Shown here piece by piece: positions 11,688 to 23,179 of a DNA stretch of 64,000 nucleotides. Every line of letters begins with the position of its first letter. Position 1 is the first letter of the stretch. The stretch comes from Macrostomum hystrix. Its lineage: Eukaryota > Animalia > Platyhelminthes. The notes beneath the pieces are model-generated. The model was given only the letters and a program-made list of their open reading frames with translations, made no database searches and was not told where the DNA came from. The position numbers were made by a program, and so were the translations under genes. The DNA is taken from contig CATNEN010000038.1 in NCBI GenBank assembly GCA_950097015.1, positions 31,186,001 to 31,250,000 on the forward strand, in the 5' to 3' direction.

Positions 11688-11940
11688 TAGCCTAGAGCGT
11701 CGGACTCACGACTTGAAGATCGTTGGTTCGATTCCTATCTCAAACGGAATAATTTTTGTCCTTTAGCAAGATTCTCAGCTCTGCATTGCCACTGTTAAAT
11801 GGTTACTTGCAGCATTAGCTGGGGTAATTGAGGGTTGGAGTGGTACCCACCCCTAGTCCATGGACTGAACAGCCGTGCGCAGCCTTTAGAGGCATTGGGC
11901 AATAGCTACGGCTCTGTTGTCTGCCCCGACATCATGCCCA
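11688..11940 (+). mobile_element. SINE family B copy, diverged
   Basis: Homologous to 7684..7990 (gcgtcggactcacgacttgaag..ggttcgattcc..gtcctttagcaaga..cattagctggg..catggactgaacagccg). Confidence 0.75.
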
Positions 11941-12710
11941 ATAGTCGCCTATGGGCCTACTAAACCAACCAAGCGATTTCGATGCACAATAAGCTTATTA
12001 TCAATTTCTCCTTTCAGAGGGGCTTCTTAAGGAGATAACTTTATTATCTGCCATCAATATTTAGATTAAGCACAAGTTTTAAAGCTTACCGCTGATGAAC
12101 AAAGAAGTTTGGAGCCATTCGATGGCCTTGGACGGCGCTCCCGGCTGGCGTATTGGCGGCAAGCAGCTGAAAGGCTTGATGCTTGTTGAAAGGCATGTTC
12201 TAAAAATTATACCTGTTAATAAGCTGTCAGACTCAGCGGTTTAGGGGCAGTTTAAGTTCACAGAAGCCGGATACACTCGTGCGGATCGTTTATTCATGCA
12301 GTGAATCGTTAATCGTTATCGCCAATATCTTTAAATTACAACGTACGAGCGTATAGCCAGCTCAAATGCCGCTTTTCTCCAAGGCCATCGTTTTGACCCG
12401 CTTATCTTTCTTTGTCATCATCGGTGTGAATTTATGCTTGAAAGCTCTGGTGTGAACTAGTGGCTTACTTTGGACCAAACATGATATACGCAGGGTAGGA
12501 TGCTGTTTACTAGGGCCGAGATTGGCACCGTCTTTGGCATCGATTTTTCAAAACTAGTTCGAGTATCAACAAATAACAGTGAAATAAGTTCTGATATACC
12601 ATATACTTCAAATGGTCAGAGAAATAAAAAAGAAGACTTCGATTCGTGATGTTATTCGCTTCCAAGAAAACGCCTTTTATGGTGTTTCTGCATGAATTTC
12701 TAGTTTCCAG

Positions 12711-13070
12711 GTGTGTGGGGTATGGGGATGTTTGCCTCTCGCACCAGTAATGTCGGCCGCGGAGCTCGATTCCGCGGTAATGCCACATTCATTTAAGGCG
12801 CAGACGCGGAGAGAAGGCTTGGGGGATTGTCGTGAAATTTACGCCCTTAAGGGCCAACTTCCAAGGCGCAGCGAAAGTGTACACTCCCTAACGATGAGAA
12901 AGTCAGGGCCGATGTACACACCTGTGTTAGTGCGTGCCTGCGTACAGTATCTGTGTGCGTGTGTGCTCAGAGATCAGCGAAATGGGCAGAATTGCATCCT
13001 CGCTGGCTGCGGATCTAGTGTCACCACATGATGTGCCTGTGCCTCCAGACCTCCAGCAAAAATTATTAAT
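12711..13070 (+). mobile_element. SINE family A copy
   Basis: Reverse-complement homolog of 4847..5182 with a degenerate B box (gctcgattcc). Confidence 0.75.
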
Positions 13071-14331
13071 CATCCGTTTCTGTGCAGCCGGGCTATTTAA
13101 ATTTAGGTAAAGTAGCAGAATTATGCAGCTTACCTGAGCTGTTCAAACAAAATTTGAACCAAAATTCAAACGCTGCCTTGTTTTCAAAATATCAAAATAT
13201 TAATTTTGCTTCAGATTGATGTGCTGTCGCTAGCTGCTGATGCACATATGCTGTGATATCTATATAGAAATATAGATCTATAAATATACAGATATTGTGT
13301 TCCAGAAAATTCCATGATTAGGTTTATTTACAAAATTATTCTATTTTTAGATATTACGACAGCCATTCCCCATAGCAAGGCTGGCTAGGCAAGCAAAGAG
13401 AACGATAGCCTAGTCACGAGGTCAATGTACATATAAGTTGCCTATTGTATGTGTATCACGCATGACTAAAAATAATGCGTGTTTTCCACTACTTAAAATA
13501 ATATTGACTGGGGACAAATGAATGACAACATAAGAAATGCAGTGGATAGCTTACTAACAGTAGAGCTAATTGAACATAGCGCGAATTCCTCGCATGGCGG
13601 CTCTTGGAAAATGCCACTAAATGTATGGGCGTAGAAATAATTAGAGTTCTAATCAACTGGAACTGCTATCTAATCTCACCCGACGGTAAAATCACCGAGA
13701 CTAGCTTTACTGAGTACAGCTGGGCTCAAGGCGAGACAGGGGTAAGGATGGCGGAGGAAGGATCACGGGCGGAAGAGGATGAGGTGGATCAAGGGGGTAG
13801 CATATACTCAAGGGAGAAGGGAGAGAAAGGGGAGAAGTCAGTGAAAGAAGGGGAGTGGTTCTTCTGGCCTCAGGCTAGCCAGTCCCACTCGTCCATTGTT
13901 TCACGAAAAAATTGTTGTGCCTATAAACACCACACCCACACAGGCACGAAAGCAGACACAGAAATTGCGATAACGGCAGAAAACGAGTACGAAATCGGGA
14001 CTGTAAGGATTCTTGAACGCCAACGAGTACGTCATTGCACTCGTGACCCGAGCACGATCCTTTTATTAGGTTTCGTAAATCCTCTCCCTCCCGGAGTAGG
14101 GCAGTTTGAAAAAAATTCGCTGAGGATGATTGATGAGTGGTGATGCCAACCCCATTACTAGTGCATTGCTTTCCGTTGAGCTAGCAGGTTGGCACACAAG
14201 CCACCCCGATTCTGGAGGGTATATGAGAGCCGGGGGAGATTTCGATGTATTGGTTGAGTTAGGAAGTTTTTCCCCAGCCATGTACTATCTTCCCTAAAGT
14301 CCTTTTCCCATTCCCTCTTCATCGATCCGCG

Positions 14332-14490
14332 CTTCCCGATCGTCTCAGGGTACTGTCTCGACTCTGTCCGCCGTCTTCCCGATCGTCTCCGGGTACAGTC
14401 TCGACTCTGTCCGCCATCTTCCCGATCGTCTCCGGGTACTGTCTCGACTCTCTCTCCGCCGTCTTCCCGATCGTCTCCGCGGGTACAGTC
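14332..14490 (+). repeat. 43-bp minisatellite, left block (~3.7 copies)
   Basis: Unit cttcccgatcgtctccgggtacagtctcgactctgtccgccgt. Confidence 0.9.
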
Positions 14491-14744
14491 CAAGGACTAT
14501 TAAACAACACAGGACGTTGCAATCGCGTTTTGTGCAAATTTTTCAGAAGGCTGGCTAAATGATGCTAAAATTAGTCTATGGCATATGCTTTACTCGTATT
14601 AATATATGCACGTAGCTCAAAAGGAAAGCATGTAGTTAAGCCTTTTACTTTTAGTTGTCCTTGTTTGCTTTTCTATCTTAGTTCGTTATCCGTTTTTTAG
14701 GTCTGCAGAAGACAGATGATTTATCTGACTTTGGTTTTCGCATC

Positions 14745-15095
14745 ATGCCAAGAAAATGCTGTGTAAAAGGCTGCAAGAGCAACTATGACAGTGGAGAGAG
14801 ATGTACTGTCTATAGTTTCCCGCGGGACGAACGAGAAGCGAGCATTTGGATGACGGCTTTACCGACGTACTCATCGGTGAGCATCAAAATGTTAACTATA
14901 TAAATAGAATGTGTAAACGGAATGTTTTTATAAGTCAACTTTTTGTTTTTTGTAATTGACCGTTGTGTTAATCGTACACAGAAAGCAACAAAGTACATGG
15001 GTGTTTGTAAAAAGCACTGGCCTGACAACGCACGGATGCTCAAGGTGAAGAATCACACACGTCCGATCGATCCACCATCTGTGTTTCATTGCGCT
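14745..15095 (+). pseudogene. Spliced THAP (C2CH) DNA-binding domain; 5' fragment of a DNA-transposon gene, join(14745..14876,14982..~15095)
   Basis: MPRKCCVKGCKSNYDSGERCTVYSFPRDEREASIWMTALPTYSS|gtgag..acag|KATKYMGVCKKHWPDNARMLKVKNHTRPIDPPSVF shows the THAP hallmarks C-x4-C, FP, W, C-x2-H and P-x-VF; it then runs into the minisatellite. Confidence 0.8.
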
Positions 15096-15103
15096 CCATA
15101 TAG

Positions 15104-15272
15104 CGTCTTCCCGATCGTCTCCGGGTACAGTCTTGACTCTCTCCAGCCGTCTTCCCAGTCGTCTCAGTGTACAGGCTCGACTAACTCCGGCCGTCTTCGC
15201 GATCGTCTCCGGGTACAGTCTCGACTATCTCCAGCCGATTTCCCGATCGTCTCAGGGTACACTCTCGACTGT
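15104..15272 (+). repeat. 43-bp minisatellite, right block (same family and orientation as 14332..14490)
   Basis: cgtcttcccgatcgtctccgggtacagtct.gactc.. about 4 diverged copies. Confidence 0.85.
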
Positions 15273-16133
15273 AGTCATCTAAAAATTAAAAAACAGATGT
15301 AAAAGATGAATGTGTGAAAAGTATGAGGTATTCGATGAGGATACTTAAGTAGAACTGAAATAAAACCTAAAGTGAACTAGAAGTACAATCACATCTAAAC
15401 GCCTACCATATATTAGCCTGCAATATCATACACGGATTAAACTCGTGGCAAACCATTTAAAGTCAAGATTGGTTGCCTTAACTTGTTGGCAATAGCAGAG
15501 AGTGCGTCGAATAACGAGTGTTTTTGTACAGTTTTATTGAAATCCGTGCCTCAATGCATGCGCCTGAAGGTGTTGCTGCAGTAAACGGTAAACGGGCTTT
15601 TACGGTCTCGCTGAGTACACACCGAAGAAATATAGAGAACCCACTGCATTCGTAAATTGTACGCAGAATTGCATTCAGAAATGGAAACACTGTTCGTCAT
15701 TTCTATTTTTAGAAGAAGTTATATAAATAAACTTACAAATTTATACCAGAAAAATCTAGATCTTAAAGTGGATCTGATTATTTATCTAAATAAAGCATGT
15801 AATAATTAACCAAAACTATATATAATGATTGGCAGAAGAGTCTAAATAATTACACATTAGTTTCCACAGAAGAACGACAATTTGTTCACGAACATCCAGC
15901 TGAAACACTTGCAGCACAGAAGAATTATAAAATATAGTAGCAGACCCGACGACGCAAGCTCTAATTCAACAAGCTTCATCACCTCGTGAGTCCGTCATTA
16001 AAAGCAGTCACATGCTATTATAACAGACCTGACGCTTAGATTTCACCATATCTTTGATGAAAATAAAAATGTAAAAAAAGTTATTTTTTTATTTTTTTAA
16101 GCAACAACTCAGCAGTCGCTAACAACACCAAGA

Positions 16134-18125
16134 ATGGCAGCCAGTTCATGGCATGACTACACAGCGCGATGGCTTCGTCGACATGACTCCAACAGAGCGG
16201 CACCTACCGAGGAAAATGCGCCACAGGCCGTCCAGCAAGTGTACGCCGAAATAACAAGTGTCGAAGTGTCTAAATATCCACAGCGAATAACTACCACAAT
16301 GGTCGAAAGGGCAGTCGCAGAAGGATACAAAACGGATCTAAAAAAGGCCCTTTTGAAACTGGCTTATTTTTCAACCCAAATTAACAACCACTCTCGAAAT
16401 GAGGCAACAAGAATCGACATCCACGGTCCAGAAATTCCAGGACTGTCTTCAAGTATAGCAAGAAGCAAGGTGCTGAGGTACTACAACAACAGCACTCCTG
16501 GTGGCAGAGCTCAGTCCGTGCCGCAGACTCTGGACTTCCGCAATCAGCGATGGGACACGACTGGAATGCCGGCCTCCATTCCTCAGCACCTGTGGGACAT
16601 GAGACGTGAGGACAACAGGTGGCAGTCCTTCCACCTGCCTGATGCGTCATTCACTGCGTCTCACCTGGTGTCAGTGACGGATCTGGCTGCTGACGGATTC
16701 TTCTACCTGCAGGAGTCGGACAGAGTGAAGTGCGCCTTCTGCAAGGGTGTGCTCAAGGACTGGGAGGCGGGTGAGCAGGTGCGAGAGGCTCACAGACGCC
16801 ACTTCTCGACCTGTCCGTTCGTGCTGTTCGTCGATGTGGGCAACGTGCCCCGAGAGCACAGAGAGCCAGAAGGAGAGGCAAGGTCGGCAGTGCACGTGGA
16901 GGCAGTGCAGTGCACTGAGTACACCGCACATGCCGAGGCAGTGATGGTGAGCGGAGACTGGAGCATGAGGCTGATCTCTGATCTGCCTCCCATGGAGCCC
17001 ACTGAGATGTCGGAGTGGGCGATGGCGACAGATGGAGTGAGATCGAGGTGGACTCGAGCTCAGTACGGATCACCGAGTGCTGCTGCTCATGACGAGCTCA
17101 TCTCACTCGACCTGACGAGGCGTCCTCGGCTGGCAGTGTCAAGCGAGGTGGCTCGATCCGCGTGCTCCGAGAGAGCGCTCACGAACCTGTCCGCTCTGCA
17201 GCACAGTCTGGAGACGGACCCATCGAGTGTGACTGCCAAACATGAGCAGTTCGAGAGCTACCAAGAGAGATCAAAGTCTCTGCGATCGGCACTCGTTCCG
17301 CAGCCGGTGTACTTGCTGGCGAAGGCGGGCTTCTTCTACTCGAGTGAGGAGAGAGCGACCTGCTGCTTCAGCTGTGGACTCCGCATGAGTGAGTGGAGCT
17401 GCGACGATGATGTGTGGGTGCAGCACGCACGGTGGTCACCTCGCTGTGCTCACGTGTTGTTGGAGCGAGGCAGCGACTTTGTGCAGGCGGTGCACCGACT
17501 GTCGCCTCCCGTGTCGCCTCCCGTGTCGAAGGTCGGAGTTGCTCGTCGTGCCGCTGCATCGGTGCAGAGAGACTCACCTGATCCGTCAGCTGCAGCTTCG
17601 GCGGTGAGTGTCGGCGGCTCCTCCGCAGTCCGCAGCAGTCGCACAGACGAGGCGCTCGCAATCACGCGTGGAGTTGAGTTCAGAGTCGAGGCCAGAGACA
17701 TCAAGGCGAGGGCTGATCTGCCGGTTGTGAGACTGCTCACTCAGCTCGGATTCTCTGCTCTGCAAGTCCGCCTGTTCACAGAGCTGCATCTCAGACAGCG
17801 AGGCGACGACTTTGCCACATCGGAGCTGTTCCTCGACTTCATGCTCACCGAGAGCCGCCGCATGCGCCAGCAGTCGCAGGATCCCGAGACATTCTTCGAG
17901 AGCAGACTGGCCGAGATCAAGGAGCCTCTGAATCAGCAGCCGAGACCCCGCGATACAAACGACTGGAAGACATGCAAGGTGTGCATGGACAAGGAGGTGA
18001 ACATCTTGCTCCTGGACTGTGGTCACGTGGTCTGCTGCTCGGTGTGCGCCAAGTCCCTCAAGACCTGCCCCATCTGCAGAGCCTTTATCAGGGGTTCGTT
18101 GTGCTTGAATCGAAGCGGGCTGTGA
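16134..18125 (+). CDS. IAP copy 2 (BIR-BIR-UBA-like-RING), 663 aa
   Basis: Same domain motifs; core from 16464 near-identical to the other copies; unique ~110-aa N-terminus; AATAAA at ~18323. Confidence 0.93.
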   Translation: MAASSWHDYTARWLRRHDSNRAAPTEENAPQAVQQVYAEITSVEVSKYPQRITTTMVERAVAEGYKTDLKKALLKLAYFSTQINNHSRNEATRIDIHGPEIPGLSSSIARSKVLRYYNNSTPGGRAQSVPQTLDFRNQRWDTTGMPASIPQHLWDMRREDNRWQSFHLPDASFTASHLVSVTDLAADGFFYLQESDRVKCAFCKGVLKDWEAGEQVREAHRRHFSTCPFVLFVDVGNVPREHREPEGEARSAVHVEAVQCTEYTAHAEAVMVSGDWSMRLISDLPPMEPTEMSEWAMATDGVRSRWTRAQYGSPSAAAHDELISLDLTRRPRLAVSSEVARSACSERALTNLSALQHSLETDPSSVTAKHEQFESYQERSKSLRSALVPQPVYLLAKAGFFYSSEERATCCFSCGLRMSEWSCDDDVWVQHARWSPRCAHVLLERGSDFVQAVHRLSPPVSPPVSKVGVARRAAASVQRDSPDPSAAASAVSVGGSSAVRSSRTDEALAITRGVEFRVEARDIKARADLPVVRLLTQLGFSALQVRLFTELHLRQRGDDFATSELFLDFMLTESRRMRQQSQDPETFFESRLAEIKEPLNQQPRPRDTNDWKTCKVCMDKEVNILLLDCGHVVCCSVCAKSLKTCPICRAFIRGSLCLNRSGL

Positions 18126-19028
18126 GACAGACGGACCACTTTGCACCTGGTATTTACATGATTATAACAGTTTTCTTTTGCGTACCTCTCGCTAGATCGC
18201 ATTTGATTTTTGGACTAAAATTTGAAATGCAAGCTTGTATTTTTAAAAAGCTTAACTGAATATTCTTTAATTCGGACGTCTGCTTCTAACCAGTAGAACG
18301 TTTGTTTTACTTCTTGCTTGCGAATAAAGCAAAGAATATGAATTTGTCGAATAGTTTTCTACTGCAGTATTGTGAAACCTTAGTATTTCTGTTTAAAGTA
18401 CCCGATCTTTCAATTCAGATCCGAAATCTATACGATGCGTTTTTAAGCAGCAATAAAGTAGAGTAGCTGCTTCCGTTTAACTATCTGACTTTTTACATTG
18501 TTTTATCTTGGTTTCTGGTCTACCAGCGGTATATGGTATACATGCTGACATGGTATCTAACGTTTGGCCTTTCTAATGACTCAGTTATTAGATAAAAAAA
18601 CACACATTTTACGATTTCTTGTGTCCAATAGGCGCTCGCTGATTGGGTGTAAACACCCACCCCTCCGCCTTGAGCTGGGTTGTATTTCAGCCGGCGCCTG
18701 CGTACTGCCCAGCCTTGTCTCTTCGTGCTGCGTGGTGTAAGATTTTTCTTTATCCTTGCCTCCTTTTTGCGTGCAGTTCTTCGAAACGTTTTATGTGCAA
18801 ATATATTGTATGTGGGCCATAGACGGTGCCCTCCCCACGTTCGCTCTCTGTTGTGTCGCAACTGCTGTCTGCCTTCGTGCCTGGGAGTGTGGTGTTTACT
18901 ACTACAATATGAAGACTTTACAACTTAATATTATATTTCTAACGTTTATATAATTAATTTTAACTTTTAACTAGATTTTGTTAAACATTTTTGGTTCTTT
19001 TTGAAAAAACTATTTGCGAGTATAAGTA

Positions 19029-20360
19029 CGAGGGTTGTGTCATAAATTCGCTGACAAACTTACATAGCGTCTGGTTCTTTTGTACTTCAGGGCAGAATTT
19101 TTTTATACAGAATAAGGCACTACCGATCTTATAGTCTATGGAAAATCTTCCCTCTGGCTTTTGAGACAAGGCAGAAATCGAGTGGGATTCAAACCACCCT
19201 TTTATCCAGTATGGAGAAAAGTGAAGCTACCAAGCGCAGCGCACTGTCATTTGGTCTTTGTGGAAGAAGCAGAAGAAGCAGGCTGATATTTACCGTGAGC
19301 TGCTGCAAATCTTTAGCGAGGATGCACCTTCGAAACAAACTGTGTCAAAGTGGGTGCAGCGCTTTGAGGACGGCTGGGAAACAGTTGATGATGCTCCCCG
19401 CCCAGGTGCACCGCGGTCATCCACTTCCAGTGACAACATCCAGCGTGTGCAGCATGCCCTGGACGATGATCGTGGAGCAACCCTGAGGCAGTTAGAGGAC
19501 TTGTTGGAGATACCAATGAAGAGCATTCATTGCATCATCTCCGACCAACTGCATATGACACGAGTTGTTGCACGATGGGTCCCTAAACTGCTGACTCCTG
19601 TCCAACTGCAAGAGAGGGGTCCAGATGTGCCGCCACCTACTCAGCGCCTATCAAAACGAGCCCGACTTTCTTGGCCGCCTGGTGACTGGTGATAAAACGC
19701 GGTTTCACTTCTACAAACCAGAAACGAAACGGCAGAGCAGCGTCTGGAAGGCTACTCACGAACCCCCACCGGTCAAGGCCAAGGCGGTGCAGTCAGCAGG
19801 TAAGCACATGTCCACCGTGTTCTGGGACAGAGAAGGCATCTTGCTGATCGAGTGGCTACCTGAAGACAGAACCATCAATGCCCAGTAGTACTGTGAAATA
19901 TTGGAACGGCTGCGTGAGAAGATCAAGAGTGAGCGCCGGGGAAGGATCACCAGGGGCATTGTGCTGTAGCAGGACAACGCCAGGCCGCATACCTGCAATG
20001 CAACTATGGATGTCATCAGGAGACTAGGCTTCGAGTTGCTACCTCACGCTGCCTATTCTCCTGACCTGGCCCCCAGTGACTACTGGTTGTTCCCTAAAAT
20101 GAAAGAGCCTCTTCGTGGCCATCTCTATGGAAGCCTTTCTGCACTCAGAGTGCATTTCTGCACTCTGCCATCAGCCAGTGGGTACGAGGGACCCCCACCG
20201 AATTCTTCGCCCAGGGCATCAGAAAGCTGCCAGAGAGATGGCACAAATGTGTGCAGCTTGGGGGTGACTATGTTGAGAAGTGCAATGTTGACAATTAGCT
20301 GTTCTTTGTTTTGTTTCTTTGATATCTGCAGTTGTCAGCGAATTTATGACACAACCCTCG
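19029..20360 (+). mobile_element. Full-length mariner (Tc1/mariner, DD34D) transposon, 1332 bp, defective
   Basis: Perfect 29-bp TIR cgagggttgtgtcataaattcgctgacaa; TA duplication at 19027-19028 and 20361-20362. Confidence 0.95.
19211..20290 (+). pseudogene. Mariner transposase, frameshifted with premature stops
   Basis: Motifs WVPKLL, VTGDKT, QDNARPH and YSPDLAPSDY (34 residues between the last two Asp), split over several frames with in-frame TAGs. Confidence 0.93.
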
Positions 20361-21161
20361 TATAAGAGATACTCTCGTAGTTGGTAAAATCAACAAAGGC
20401 ATGATGCACATATGCCAAGCTTTAGTAAATTATATTAACTCGTATTCTGTGCTCAAAGCGCATATTTTATAGCTCGGAAAGAGAATAGATTTTAGCGACA
20501 GACCTTGACTGCATGCTTGAAGTGTCCTTAGAATTAGAGGAGCTACAGGGACTACTGTACATATATTTTGCTATATCACCAACACAATGATTTACAACTC
20601 GTCATACAATAAAACTCATCATAAATGTTCACAGGAATACAATACATGCATAAAACATATTTCAATAGCCGTCTAATACTATTTTTAAGTACTCGTACAA
20701 GGATTGAATTTTACGATATATTCAAATGTTTAGTAAAATTCAGGAAAATTGTAAAAAACATATAAACCGACTACTCAACTCGGAAAGTGCATTGCTAGGC
20801 AAAAAAGCATTCAAAGCGTTAGTGACATTAAATCAATAAGTAATGGCAGAAGTATGTAACTCCTATAACATGACTGTTTGAACCTTTACACAGAAGTTAT
20901 TACCAATGCCTACTGCAGGACGAGAGTAGCTAAAACGCTGATAGCAGAAAAATATATTTCTGAATTTCACTTTGTAGCAAAATGCAAAGAACAGAAAATT
21001 AAACTGCTAAAAAGTAAAACCTAAGTAAACCAGCGAGAAGCACATGATCATAAAAGAAAAAATATGATTGCATTGAACTAAATTTTAGAATTTTCAATGA
21101 AAAGCAAATAACTTCAAATAATATTGGAACCTTTTAGACCAAGCCCAAGAGCCCATTGAAG

Positions 21162-23069
21162 CTAATCTCTCAAAATCAGCGAGCCGCGAATGAAAGCTCT
21201 GCAAATAGGGCAGGTCTTGAGGGACTTGGCGCACACCGAGCAGCAGGCCACGTGACCACAGTCCAGGAGCAAGATGTTCACCTCCTTGTCCATGCACACC
21301 TTGCACGTCTTCCAGTCGTTTGTATCGCGGGGTCTCGGCTGCTGATTCAGAGGCTCCTTGATCTCGACCAGTCTGCTCTCGAAGAATGTCTCGGGATCCT
21401 GCGACTGCTGGCGCATGCGGCGGCTCTCGGTGAGCATGAAGTCGAGGAACAGCTCCGATGTGGCAAAGTCGTCGCCTCGCTGTCTGAGATGCAGCTCTGT
21501 GAACAGGCGGACTTGCAGAGCAGAGAATCCGAGCTGAGTGAGCAGTCTCACAACCGGCAGATCAGCCCTCGCCTTGATGTCTCTGGCCTCGACTCTGAAC
21601 TCAACTCCACGCGTGATTGCGAGCGCCTCGTCTGTGCGACTGCTGCGGACTGCGGAGGAGCCGCCGACACTCACCGCCGAAGCTGCAGCTGACGGATCAG
21701 GTGAGTCTCTCTGCACCGATGCAGCGGCACGATGAGTAACTCCGACCTTCGATACGGGAGGCGACACGGGAGGCGACAGTCGGTGCACCGCCTGCACAAA
21801 GTCGCTGCCTCGCTCCAACAACACGTGAGGACAGCGAGGTGACCACCGTGCGTGCTGCACCCACACATCATCGTCGCAGCTCCACTCACTCATGCGGAGT
21901 CCACAGCTGAAGCAGCAGGTCGCTCTCTCCTCACTCGAGTAGAAGAAGCCCGCCTTCGCCAGCAAGAACACCGGCTGCGGAACGAGCGCCGATCGCAGAG
22001 ACTTTGATCTCTCTTGGTAGCTCTCGAACTGCTCATGTTTGGCAGTCACACTCGATGGGTCCGTCTCCAGACTGTGCTGCAGAGCGGACAGGTTCGTGAG
22101 CGCTCTCTCGGAGCACGCGGATCGAGCCACCTCGCTTGACACTGCCAGCCGAGGACGCCTCGTCAGGTCGAGTGAGATGAGCTCGTCATGAGCAGCAGCA
22201 CTCGGTGATCCGTACTGAGCTCGAGTCCACCTCGATCTCACTCCGTCTGTCGCCATCGCCCACTCCGACATCTCAGTGGGCTCCATGGGAGGCAGCTCAG
22301 AGATCAGCCTCATGCTCCAGTCTCCGCTCACCATCACTGCCTCGGCATGTGCGGTGTGCTCAGTGCACAGTACTGCCTCCACCTGCACTGCCGACCTCGC
22401 CTCTCCTTCTGGCTCTCTGTGCTCTCGGGGCACGTTGCCCACATCGACGAACAGCACGAACGGACAGGTCGAGAAGTGGCGTCTGTGAGCCTCTCGCACC
22501 TGCTCACCCGCCTCCCAGTCCTTGAGCACACCCTTGCAGAAGGCGCACTTCACTCTGTCCGACTCCTGCAGGTAGAAGAATCCGTCAGCAGCCAGATCCG
22601 TCACTGACACCAGGTGAGACGCAGTGAATGACGCATCAGGCAGGTGGAAGGACTGCCACCTGTTGTCCTCACGTCTCATGTCCCACAGGTGCTGAGGAAT
22701 GGAGGCCGGCATTCCAGTCGTGTCCCATCGCTGATTGCGGAAGTCCAGAGTCTGCGGCACGGACTGAGCTCTGCCGCCAGGAGTGCTGTTGTTGTAGTAC
22801 CTCAGCACCTTGCTTTGACCATTTTGAGAACGAATTTCTTCACCTATTGGATAGGATTGTCTTAGTTGAGCTACCAGTATCATTCTTTGCCTTGAAATTC
22901 CCTTGTCTGTTATGATAAGCAAGTTGCTTAGAAGATCGTTAACGATATCACTTAGAATTCGCTTTTCTTCCTGGTTGTTACTGCTGTAGTCTAGACTTTG
23001 TCTTTCGGGCTTATTTTCTTTTTGTACTAATAGTAGATGTAAAGCGGCTATCGAGACTTTTGTAGACAT
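21162..23069 (-). CDS. IAP copy 3 (BIR-BIR-UBA-like-RING); probable start at the second Met (23069), ORF extends to 23117
   Basis: Same motifs. Acceptor-like tttcag (23084) lies 14 nt before the ATG at 23069. Shares tail SLILRD and ~80 bp of 3' flank with copy 1. Confidence 0.92.
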   Translation of the reverse strand: MSTKVSIAALHLLLVQKENKPERQSLDYSSNNQEEKRILSDIVNDLLSNLLIITDKGISRQRMILVAQLRQSYPIGEEIRSQNGQSKVLRYYNNSTPGGRAQSVPQTLDFRNQRWDTTGMPASIPQHLWDMRREDNRWQSFHLPDASFTASHLVSVTDLAADGFFYLQESDRVKCAFCKGVLKDWEAGEQVREAHRRHFSTCPFVLFVDVGNVPREHREPEGEARSAVQVEAVLCTEHTAHAEAVMVSGDWSMRLISELPPMEPTEMSEWAMATDGVRSRWTRAQYGSPSAAAHDELISLDLTRRPRLAVSSEVARSACSERALTNLSALQHSLETDPSSVTAKHEQFESYQERSKSLRSALVPQPVFLLAKAGFFYSSEERATCCFSCGLRMSEWSCDDDVWVQHARWSPRCPHVLLERGSDFVQAVHRLSPPVSPPVSKVGVTHRAAASVQRDSPDPSAAASAVSVGGSSAVRSSRTDEALAITRGVEFRVEARDIKARADLPVVRLLTQLGFSALQVRLFTELHLRQRGDDFATSELFLDFMLTESRRMRQQSQDPETFFESRLVEIKEPLNQQPRPRDTNDWKTCKVCMDKEVNILLLDCGHVACCSVCAKSLKTCPICRAFIRGSLILRD

Positions 23070-23179
23070 GTTGCAGGATTTTGCTGAAATTTTATAAAAG
23101 TATAACCTATAGAACATTTATGCAACAGTACGACCTAAGATATTAAAAATATAAATAAAAAAATAACTTTATTTACTCA

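Noticed and set aside
13604-14320. 179-aa ORF and neighbouring frames as a gene or retroelement fragment
   Set aside because: Non-ATG start and no recognisable motif in the frames I read.
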